This document shows, piece after piece, positions 51,101 to 63,100 of a DNA stretch of 64,000 nt; position 1 is the stretch's first letter, and the number at the start of each line of letters is the position of its first letter. The stretch is from Ascidiella aspersa (lineage: Eukaryota). The position numbers and the translations under genes are program-made. Below the pieces are notes generated by a model, which saw only the letters and a program-made list of their open reading frames with translations, did no database searches and had not been told where the DNA came from. The DNA lies in the NCBI GenBank assembly GCA_963924565.1, contig OZ004607.1, positions 35,836,001 through 35,900,000 of the forward strand, given 5' to 3'.

Positions 51101-54100
51101 AACAATTTAAAATATTATTATTAAATCACTAGTGAAGTCCAAGTCCAAGTGACCAGTTGCCCAAATCAACTCCCAGTCAATTCATAATTAAAGAAAGTCA
51201 ACTATAAGTTCTCATACAAATAAAACGATAAACTATTAAAATTGCTAAACCCGTCCGATTATAACAAACTCAATTAATAAATAACAAAAACGAAACATAA
51301 TTAGAGGAAGTACATTTTTCAAGGGCAAAAATAAAAAATAAAAAACAATTTTTGTGAAAAAAAAATGAATGTCCAAAAGACTTAAGTGAAATGAATTCAT
51401 TTGCAAACAGCGACTTAAGTGCACATAAGTCAAGTCATTGACTTAAATCATTATACAACACCGTTGTTTTCAATGTTACACATGACATTTTAAATCTGAC
51501 TTTTGGTTATGTGCGTGAAACTTAAAGCACACACCAGATCAAACATTTTAAGTTGAAGGCAGAAGTTACCATTCAATGTCGCCTTATTGACGTGTAATAT
51601 TTTTTTCAGTTTTTTTACTATATAAGTGTTCGTTTAAATAAGCCCTTTTTCAACCAGCAATCAGGATTTGTACTTGAAACCGAAAAGTAGCACAAGACTT
51701 CCAGCAAAGACGCAAAATAATTATCCGCCGCCATTAATAATGCAACATCACGAGTGGCGCGACTGTCTCCGGCCTGAGACGAAGTAGCCTGAATTATTCA
51801 TTATGATGCCGTAATTTCTGCCTGGCCTATTCCTATGACGATGGCATTGGCGGCAACCTTCTAAAGTGCATTTCGTCGTACAAGACGTACAATTGAGATA
51901 TATAACCGTCACACATTAATTCCCTCTGCAAAAACAAAGACTTATTTTGACCCGTAAACAGAAATATATAACAACTTATGATGCATTTGGCACTCAAGAA
52001 TGCTGAAACTTCTACAAGGAACCAAGTTAAGAAAAACGTAATTGGGCAACAAGTTTGTTTTAAATGTAAATTATTTTTGTGTGTCCTCCAAACAGGTATA
52101 ATTTAAGTTACGGCAAAGAAGTAAGACAGTCCACCCAGAAGAAGTTTTTTTTTTACTTTTTAAGGCGAAATATGTTTTTGGTTAGAGCGGACCAGGGTCT
52201 ACATGAATTGTTTTATAACTGACGTCTTAAATTAATGCTATAAAGCAAGTAGACCTGCTTTTTCGGTCCAAAAAAATAAAACTGAAATTGAGTCTAATTA
52301 TATTCGCTGCTACTTTATTTATTAAAACACCCCTCTTAAAAAATCATCACTTTTCAAATGAAACACTAATTTTCAATTAGGGCTTCTTGTATCCCAGAAA
52401 CTAGTTCACTTGACCCAGAGGAGTCCATGTGCCCTAGTTTAATAACCTATGACCTAAAAACTAGTTATAATTTTGATAATGAATAAAAGTCACTGCGTAC
52501 CTGGCCTTGAAAAACGACGTCCAGCGTTGATGAAGAAAGTTGGCTTCACCTCCAGAGTCGTCCTTGCAAACTTGCGCCACTCGCGAGTATATCGGCTGCG
52601 AAGACAAGTACAACAACGATAAGTAATCAAGGTTAGATTTGGGCATAAGTGGACTGTAGATGCAGCTCGGACGTGTACTAAAATCATTGGATTCCTATAG
52701 TAAGAATACCAAAGACCATACAGAAGTAGGTGGCATTTTGAACGTTTCGAATAACTCGTTATTCATTTTAAACATTCAGATGTTGGGTTTGTAGAAAGAC
52801 GTAATAAGAACATCCAAGCCCATACAGAAGTAGGTGGCATTTTGAACGTTTCGAATAACTCTTTATTCATTTTAAACATTCAGATGTTGGGTTTGTAGAA
52901 AGACGTAATAAGAATACCAAAGCCCGTACAGAAGTAGGTGGCATTTTGAACGTTTCGAATAACTCGTTATTCATTTTAAACATTCAGATGTTGGGTTTGT
53001 AGAAAGATGTAATAAGAATATCCAAGCCCGTACAGAAGTAGGTGGCATTTTGAACGTTTCGAAAAACTCGTTATTCATTTTAAAACAGTTATTCGAACCG
53101 TTCAAAATAATATCATCTTCTGTGTGGGCTTTGATATTCTTACTAAGTCTTACTACAATATGTTCCAAACTTGGTTCCCTGTTCTTTAATTTTTTCCTCG
53201 TTTGAATTAATGCAGGGGATTTAGACTGCGCATGGCCATTTTGCTCTATAGGGTTGCGTAATGGAGTTAAAGATTGCAATTGAGTCAGCACGTTAAAACG
53301 GGTATTTGAAAATGATGTCTATAGGCCGGGGGTTTTCAACTCGAGTTGTAGTAACGAATAAATCAAGGTGAGAATGGTGTGACTCACCAGTCTAAGGCTA
53401 GCTATTGGATAACTGGGCCACGTCACCTAACAATTCCGCCAGCTGCATATTTACTTGGTTAAGTCCCTCGCAGCTTATGCTTTAATCACCCCTGAGTAAA
53501 CCTATGGAAAATCACACAGAAGGAAAATGATTCACAGGGCCAGTTTTTGTTGCTGACAAAGACAATGGTGTGCATCTGGTTTTAAAATAGATCTTCAATT
53601 AACGGTTAATTGTTTGACCTTTCTATTTCGTATTGAGAAACATTACGAAAGAGAAACCCCCGGATATTGCGTTTAACATAACTGTTTAGTCATTTAGTTA
53701 AACAATCGAAATTCGGGAACATAAATACCCATAAGTTATAAAGTAGAAGTTTATTTTTGATAAATGGTAAAACCTACCGTTGGAATTTATTAGTTTGTGC
53801 TTCATTCGTTAATTGTAGTTATTTATGAGCACCGCGTATTAACTTTGTAATATTGTTATTTCTCGCTCGTAACAATGTTAAAAGTCTTTCTTGTTGTTCT
53901 GAAACGTCAGGATTCCGAATATACAGTCTGCGTATAGTCTTGGGGTCACATTTTTAATAATCCTTATTAACAAAATCCGCTTTAATTTGGTCGAAAATTG
54001 AAACCCCAACGTGAGGATTTAAATCGCCCGGCTTCCAAGCGCCGCTCTCTAAAGCCCGAGAAAGTGGCCCGACTGTCATTATCTGCTGAGAGGATTTTTT

Positions 54101-57100
54101 GTTCATATCCTGAGGTTTTCAACAGGGTGTATTGTACACCCCAGAGTGTACCAGAATTTTCAAATGGTGTACCACATTGATTGGGTGTGCTGGGATGTAC
54201 AACATACCGCATAACATTACAGTGCTTTTCAGTCAGGTATTGTACACCCCCGGGTGTACCAGAATTATAAAAGGATGTACCACGTTGATGGGGTGTACTG
54301 GGGCGTACAAAATACCACATTCCAATAGGCCTATTATCAGATTTCATAATATATACACAGGTTTATTACCAGACTGACCGGAGTGTACAATAGATGGCAC
54401 AACATTTAAAGCGTATACGTAGCTTGTAAGATAGTATATTCTATTTGTTACATCATAACCGAATATTTCTCTTGATAATCGTTATTGTGGGGTATTAACT
54501 AGTTGGTCATAACGGTTAATAGTTCTTTTTGCGGTACAAAAGGGTGTATGCTTCTATAAGTTCAGTGCATTGCGTTCACTGAGGTGTACAAGTTCTTCCG
54601 TAAAGGTAAAAGTTTGTACTGTTCCAAAAACTGTTCTAGACCAGCGCCAAAAATTTAAATTAACCGTGAATCTATCTGTTGCAATACACGCCTTGGCACT
54701 TGTAAGGTGTTCAATGCTTGCAAAAAAAGCCATTTAAAGTGCACCCACCTTGTCGTTGAGGTCTGCAGCCTCCACCGCCTCCTCCCGGAAGAAGACCAGC
54801 ATCTTCTTCCCAGTTTCCACCATCCCTACAAACCGCGGATCGACCAGCCACCTGCTGAAGGCTCGCTTCGTACGCAGTGACGTACTTGGGGCGTTGGCGC
54901 CCACCAGAGAGGTCGATGACCTCTGGTAGAGGTTAATATCGGTCACTTGGCTGCGGACGATGGCCGCGTCGAGCCGGTTAAAATCAACCCGCGTCGCCAC
55001 GAAGAGTTCTCCGTCTTTAAAAAGATACAGTGTTATAATGACGGACTTTGAGTTAAGTGTAATACCTTGACTTAAGCGCAAAGCCTTGACTTAAGTGCAA
55101 TACTTTGACTTAAGCGCAAAGCCTAACTTAGTGTAACTTAAGGCAATGTTTTCAAATGATTTTATTGAACTTAATCTTTTGGACTAATCATTTGACTTGA
55201 CTTAAGTCTTTTGGACAAATTACTTGGGTTGAAATAAAGCGTTGTCATTAAGCAATTTGTTTTAAAAATTGGCTTATTTATGTAAATTTGGGCACTTAAA
55301 AATTTAAGCTTACAATATTTCGCGTTTTAGTTAATTTTTAGTTGTGTTATTGATCATAATTAGACGAGTTTAACAATTAAATACTTGGGGGGTGGGGACT
55401 TTACTTAAAATTGAATTGCGCTTATTAAGATTTGACAGGGACGTGAGTCGTTTCAACGTGAACTGCAACGACATAAACAGGATAAGGTTAATTGCAACAA
55501 TGTTCACCATGTCTTACTTTATTTAAGACCTGACTAACCTGAAAACACAATTAAAATAATTAACTTACTGAATATTACTTGGGTAAATGCGCAGATAAAA
55601 AGTTTAAAACTGCTGTTGTGACATTTTTAGCGAACCAGTCGATCGCAATCAAACATAAGTTGGCTACACCTCATAACATAAACTAGTCGTAAAATACATA
55701 CACTGAAATGCGTTAGGCTAACAATAAATATGCCCACCTGTGAGCTTGTATACGAGAGTGGATATATCATCGTAAGGAATCCTGGAGTTGAGAGCCACAT
55801 TCCGGGTGCTTTTACATAACTTCTCGTCAATGTGTGATCCATCCCACTAAGAGAATAAAAAGACCATCATTTTTAGACAGAAGAATTTCAAAACATTACT
55901 TTGGGCTGACGCAATTCGACGTTTTTGTAGGGTCGTTCATTTTGAATTACATAATTCAGACTAAATCTATTTGGAGACTTTTTAGGGTTTTATACTGTTT
56001 TTTTTTTCAATACATTTAAGCCTTAGAATGACAGTAAAATATATTATAACAAGAATTACATTTAACAGTATGTCTACTTTATTGCTTTAAACCTCGTTTT
56101 TAAGTTTTTATGGTCTGAAAAAGCATTTTAAACCTGTAATGCTAAAACCGCTGTTTCAATATAGTTTTTGTTCTCAGAAACACACTTCATGAACGTATTG
56201 CTCTTAACATGTCAAGATTGTTCCTCCTTAAAAGCACTGATTTCATAATCTATTCAAGATTGACTTAATTTAAAACACTTCCTGGAAACTTTAATTGTTA
56301 AAAGAATTATTTAAAAAACACTTTTTACAAGGTTGATAACACTAAACACTAACCCAGTGGTTCTCAACCGGGGAGTTTTTAACGCTTGAGATATCTTAAA
56401 TTCTTTAGGATTCCAATTTTTTCTCTATTGGTAAGCTTCTTGATACAATATTGTTGGTGTACGACAAAAGTGCGAAAACCTAAAATAGTTTTTTCAACCT
56501 TGTTGCACAGTTAATGTTCTGTTTTAATCTCATTTATCGTAACGTTAATGCTCAAGGGTGCCGAGAGATATTTGGGAATTTTTAAGAATCTGATTTTTGC
56601 TCAACTCTTATAACTTTTCGTGTAAGATTATAGTGGAATAAATCCAATTATAATTTAGGTTGAGTAGAGTTGATGTGTGTTGTTCAAGTTCCGTTTGTGG
56701 TTTGCTATTATAGTGAGTTAACTACGGAAAAATCTTATAGGGGTGCCGCAATCTATTTATTATTCTGAGGGGTTACGCAATCCGTAAAAGGTTGAGACCA
56801 ACTGCCTTACCATATACTCAAGGTATTAGCTTTACATGGCAAGTTAACATTTATAATTTGTACAACACTAACCGGGCACTCCCGGCACACCGGCAGCCCG
56901 GCGTTCGTCCCACAAAGCAGGATCAGGCTGTTGGAGAGGGGCGCCACTATTCGGATGTAGTTTTGGCAGGTTGTGGTCGAACCGGTCTTTCGCTCACAGT
57001 CTGTGTTGTTCTGGCGAAACCACCACACAACCTGAATAAGACAGAAAATCGGACGTCGTTAGAAACAGAAATTCGAAGTTTGTGTTGAGACGTTTCGACA

Positions 57101-60100
57101 ATTATTTAATACATTGAACAGAAAACAGTAAAAATTCTCGCAAAGCGCAACAAGAATGCAGTCATGTTAAATAACCCCCTAACAAGGGAAAACAAGATCA
57201 TTGCCTCGTACCCCGCTTGGAAACTTCACTAGCTGCTATTATTGGATTTATAATGTTTAGATTTTTCCCGGTACCATTGATTGATTTTGAAGCATAGGTA
57301 AAGTAAACAGTCCAGAACACTGTTCCAGTAAAATAATTCCTACCAAAACGGTGTTCTGGTAAAATAGTTTTTACTAGTACGTCTATTCGGTAAAAAAATC
57401 TGTTTTTTTTTATTTCCTTTTTTACCAATACATGTCCCATTTTAACCAGACCATCCCGCCACCTATTGAATTTATTAAAAAAGATTATTTTTTTCGGATA
57501 TTGAAAAAAAAATCGAAATTTTTATGATTTGTAGCTTGATAATGCATTGCAAAGCCAAAAATGGCGAGTAGATCAATCAACAGTGTCACACATTAACTGA
57601 AGAGGATACAAGCTCGTTTTGAATCGTCTTAATCGAGATGATGTCGATCTACTCGACATTTTGCTTTACAATTCATTATTAAGTTACATTACAGATACGT
57701 GCATATAAAGTGTACCCAAAATACATTATAGCTTGATAATGAATTGCAATGCAAATTGGACGTTTCGACACGAGCTTTTATCATCCTGATGTCGGTCTAC
57801 TCGACCTTTTGGGCTTTGCAATTCATTATCAAGCCACATAACAGATCCGTACATAGCGTACCCAAGTGTATTTTTGTTTTGTTTTATGTAAATAATAATC
57901 GATCCACTGCTTCGATTTATTGGCCCAAAGGCGCATTGTAGGTTTCCATTAAGACTCAGTGGCTTAATAAACGCACCGCGCAGTGCATTTGCTATCGATC
58001 GAACAAAATTGAATGGCATTTTAATCGTGACGTGTGAGACATAACGCTGAACATTCGTCTTACGTAATAGAGGGGCTACAAAACAGAACTTGAAACGAAA
58101 AAATTACGGCCACAAAACATCGATTACTCCGGGGCGTGTGAGGCCATTTTATGTCACTCTGATGACGTATTGTGATAACATTACACGAAATGAACAGTTG
58201 TTCTGTTAAAGCAATACCACTGTATATTTTAGTACTAGTAACAGAGGGTAATCACCCCAAGGGGTAACTTGTCGCCTTGTAGGAGGAAATGCTGACAATG
58301 ATTTAAGATGGCATATCGGGCAATAATAAGTTATGTTTTAGAAAACACGGCGGCCGAAATATATTTTAGGTTCTACTAATACGTAATTATGTTGCGCCCA
58401 AAAAATTCTGCCTCCCTACTTTATTGGATGCCTAGGCGCTACACGAAGCTTCTTAAAACTTGCAATAAATAAAGGGCCAATACAGAAATAAAACAAATAA
58501 AGGCGTAACTATAACAAAGGGCTAACGGCTAAAATTGGACTCGGACCCACAGTTTAAGGTTCTGATGGTTTTACCAGCTTTCACAAACCCGACTGCCCTA
58601 ATCGTGCAACTTTACCCAGAAACACGAGAAAACTATGGTGTGCCAAATGGAACTGGATGATAAAAAAGTGTCAACAGAAAACGTGAAAAGATAAGAGATA
58701 AACGTAAAAGGTGAGGTGCAGAAGTGCAGTCAAACTCACGTTAGTGAGAAAGCAATAGTGAAAATGTGGTAACAAACAACACATATGCAAACACTAAAGT
58801 GCTCTGGGCAAGTTTTACAACTGAGAGAAAAAATAATCAAGTTTCAGGCGTTTTTTCTTTTAAGTTAGTAAGAGAAACTTCACACTATTTAAATACCATT
58901 AATTGTGGTAAAAAAGCCTTTACCTGGTTGCGGTAGATGTTTTCATTGTTGGTCAACAGTGAACGGCGCGAGATCACGTAAAGCGCGTTCCTGGAAAAAC
59001 AGAATATCGATTACTTCGCCTCGTGATTGCCAATCAGTGGGGAAAGTATTGTTTTCCTGTCAAGGATAATATCGACTTCGTATAGTTCAACAAACCGTAG
59101 TCTTTCCGCCTTGATTATAAATAGCAAAGTCGACTATATCTGAAATTAGTTGCCTGTATACGTGGAGTTTATTTATTAAAATTGCAATTGTCGTAATGAC
59201 TTGAGCAAATGACTTGACTTAAGTGCACTGTAGTCACTGTTTTCAAATGACTTGACTTGACTTAAATTGAGTCTATTCACAAAAATGACTTGACTTGACT
59301 TAAGTCTATGCGTCAAAATTACTTGACTTGACTTAAGTCTATCCGCCAAAATGACTTGACTTGACTTAAGTTTATCCGCCAAAATGACTTGAGTTGACTT
59401 GACTTAAGTATATCCGTTAAAATGACTTGACTTGGATTTAGGTCTATTGAGAAGAAACTTGACGTGTCAAATAACTTGTGCTGACATAAAGTGTTTTCTT
59501 TAAATATATTTTAATAAATTTGTGTTATTTATCTTTATACGGGTAAAACAATTGGCTAGCTATGGGTTTGTGGTAATTATTTAATTGAGTTATTGCTCAT
59601 AATCGACGATGTTTACCAATTTTACTAGGTTAAAGTTTTCCATTTTTTTATAATGACTCGACTTAAAATTGCAGTGATAATGAGTTGACAAAAACTTACA
59701 AACACAGCGAACTGGTAAAAATATAAGTATCTGGATTTGTAATTATGCGTTTGAATGTGGAATTTTTTAAGTAGCCATAGTTTTGAATATTTTATAAATT
59801 CATGCTGCCATTATTTAGTCGTTTCAAGCTTTAATTAATTATATTAGCAATTTTGTTTTTATTTGCAGAATTTGTTTTGCTGCGAATTTCCAATAGGAAT
59901 AACAGAAACACACTTTTATAGGGGTTTATGTTTACCAATTTAAATGTTAGCTTCTCCAAAAAAAGTAAATGAAAAAAAACACAAACAGCAATTTTGGGCT
60001 ACTGAGGACTTGGACTTGGGCTACTGAGGACTTGGACTTGGGCTACTGAGGACTTGGACTGGGACTTGACTTCAGATGTTTAAAAAAACTTGGCTCGGAC

Positions 60101-63100
60101 TTGTCATTTCAACATGACTGGTTTATAACACCGGAAAAATTATATTTAACACAAACGATTTACTTTGCTGTGACGCTATTAACTCACAGGACTAGTTGTT
60201 CAATTATATCCATACGGGTAATTTGAAAACGTTATTTAAAATGTTATGCAAATAATTATACCCGGATTACATTTGGATCGCTGACAATCCATGAACAATT
60301 TTGCGAGTCCTCTAAACATGTCACTTTAACCTCCCTTGAAGTTAAGTATATCCCAATTAAGAATTGATGCAAAGATTCAAAACTTAAATAAGGGATTTCC
60401 ATCAAAATACGCAGGGGAGAAGATTACCAAAAGGAAAGGCCGAGCAAATTGCCGTTTCGACATATGGCGGTTGTAATGCGGCGACACGCTCCAACGATTA
60501 AGTGGCGCCAATCGATATTTTCTGGACAAGGTTTTTTCTTCATCGATTTCTCGACGCAAACTCTTTGATCCTGCAAGTCTAGACGTCTCTGTGCTTAGTG
60601 CTTAACTAAAACGCTAATGCATTACTCGAAACTGATTTCTTATATGGTATAAAATAATATAAATGCTGTCGGTGTCTTTCTTAAATCCTTCACGGATTTA
60701 ACAAAATCCAAAAATCGTGTTACTACCATTCGCCCATTAGGCCTAAAATGCATGTCCTAGTTCACGCTATGCATTGTGAACGAAAAATGATAAAAAACGA
60801 CAAATGGCGTGTGTTTCAGACATGGATTAGTTTAGCGCTTCACAAATGGCACAAAACCACTAAAAAACATTTGTCCACTGCAAATTGTTCTACGGCGAAT
60901 AAAAAATCGAAATCGTTTTGCTTTAAATAAACGAAGCAAAACTGGTGACGCCCTGTTTTTGAATCGCTCCATTTCAGGTGCATTTTAATTATTAAACTAA
61001 ACGTTGCCGTGACAGGTTCGCACCAGCTGCTGGCCGAATGACGCATAAGCCCCAGTGTTGTTAATAAGTCATTTTAAAATTAATTAGACTAAGTCCAAGT
61101 CTATAGTCATTCGTAAAATAACTTAAATTCAAGTCAAGAATTTTCAAATAAAAACCAAGTCAAGACCCAGTCAAGTCAGAGGAAGTCAACTTCAAGTCAC
61201 GTCCGCGTTGTAAAAACAAAAATGTCAAAATATTTATTTTAATCTGAGATTCATTATCAAGCTACATTACAGACCCGTGCATAATCTACCTAAATACGTT
61301 GATATATTATTTTATATGTATAAATCTACGTCATCATTGAAAATCTAGGTTTAACAAGGCTTAAGAGGTTCTTAAAGTGCACCCTTTGAGTTACTTGAAC
61401 TAATTTTGAGTTTGGTCAATTAAGGCCATATTGAAATCTTAAATGTGGAATTTATAACTAATTGAATCTTCAAAGGATGACAGAAAATTTAGAAAAGCCC
61501 ACTTTGTCCTCTTCTTGAATTTATTTGTCGATTTCAGTTTATGTTTAACTTGAAACACTACAAACTTGCCGAGCCTTTTTTTTTCAAATCAAAAACAATA
61601 TTTATTGGTCCGCGTTAAAAAATACACCTGATTTAGGGGTCGTGGGTTCCAACACATTGGCAGTATATGTTTTATTACATATGTCTTTTACACGAGTGAA
61701 AAGATCCGAGGCCTAACAAGGCAGCTCAATGTTGTTTATGAATTGGTTTAAATTAGTTTAAAAACTCGAACGTAAGGGATCTGCCGCAGACAATAAAATG
61801 CAAAATAAAGATTTCGTACTGACTGTTTATAAAAATAGGTATAAGGCATAAAATAATTTCTTATAATATCATCAGTTTATGCTAACAAAGTGTGCTATTC
61901 AGTCCTCGCATATAAGCAAGAGAGATTTACATGGAACTACACAAAAGACGTTTTGGTTGTAATCTCGATCACAGAAACTTAGTGATTCCACGTTTTAAGA
62001 TGTAGTTTCCATTCATGCAAGATTTCGAATAACCCGACATTTTTAGGCCCGCAAACCTTTAGCCAGCCTTTCAATTCGCCAATCTATTGTTTTTGCTCAC
62101 TATTAAAGGTAATTGTATTTCGTTAAACCAGTATTTCGCAACTTCTTTCGGCTTGCGGCACACTACAGTAATTATATATAGTTCGCGACACCCCTGCTCG
62201 TATTTTTGCTAAGTGGTTAACTGTAACGTTACAGTAAATGAGATTGAAGCAGCACATTCAGTGTGCAATAAGGTTGAAAAAAACTCTTTGTATTATTGTA
62301 ACTTTTATCGTACAAAAAAAAAACAAAAAAATGTATCAAGAAGATTACCATAGAGCAAAAATGAAAATCCTAAAAAAATTGAAATACCTCTCGGCACCCT
62401 TGAGCGTTAAAAATGGCACCCTGGAGTACCCCGGTTGAGAAACCCCTGGATTAAACCAAAACGACACTATTCATAAACGATCAGAATTATTTACCCGACT
62501 GAGTATGACGTGTTTCGCATTGTTTAATTATGGTTGCTGCCGAAACTCGCCAATTGATTGAGTCTCAAATCTATTGTTTTTTCGCAGTTCGGCAACAGTT
62601 TGCGATCGAAGGCGACCCAGCCACAATCACACAGCGACCGGTTAAAGCGGAAACAGCTAAGTGCGTGGGGTGACTTCCCATTGTTTATCTTTGTGACGTC
62701 ACCATACATACAACTGTTCGTAAACGCTTTAACTATACCAGCTACGGTTACTACGGAATAGCGATATAGAGGTTTTTATGTATCATGTGGACTGATAATT
62801 TACCAGGGTGTGATTATCAAACACTGCTGGGGGATTTACCAAACGTGCGCTGAAATATGAGGGGAAAAGCTTTAAACTTGCCTGAACAATAGATTCAAAA
62901 CCTGTCAAAGGTGACCACATTACCTATAATCTAAATCAAAGAAAAAATCTTGATTTTAAAATGCCCTTAAAGGGCTTTTCGAAAATTAAAGTAATTTTAT
63001 ACTGCGGCTGATGTTGCTTGCCTCGGCCTATTAACAAGTGTCGTTTTTTTATTTTAGATTGGTAAATAATAGATCGAAAGGTTCACATTCCGATTTTTTT

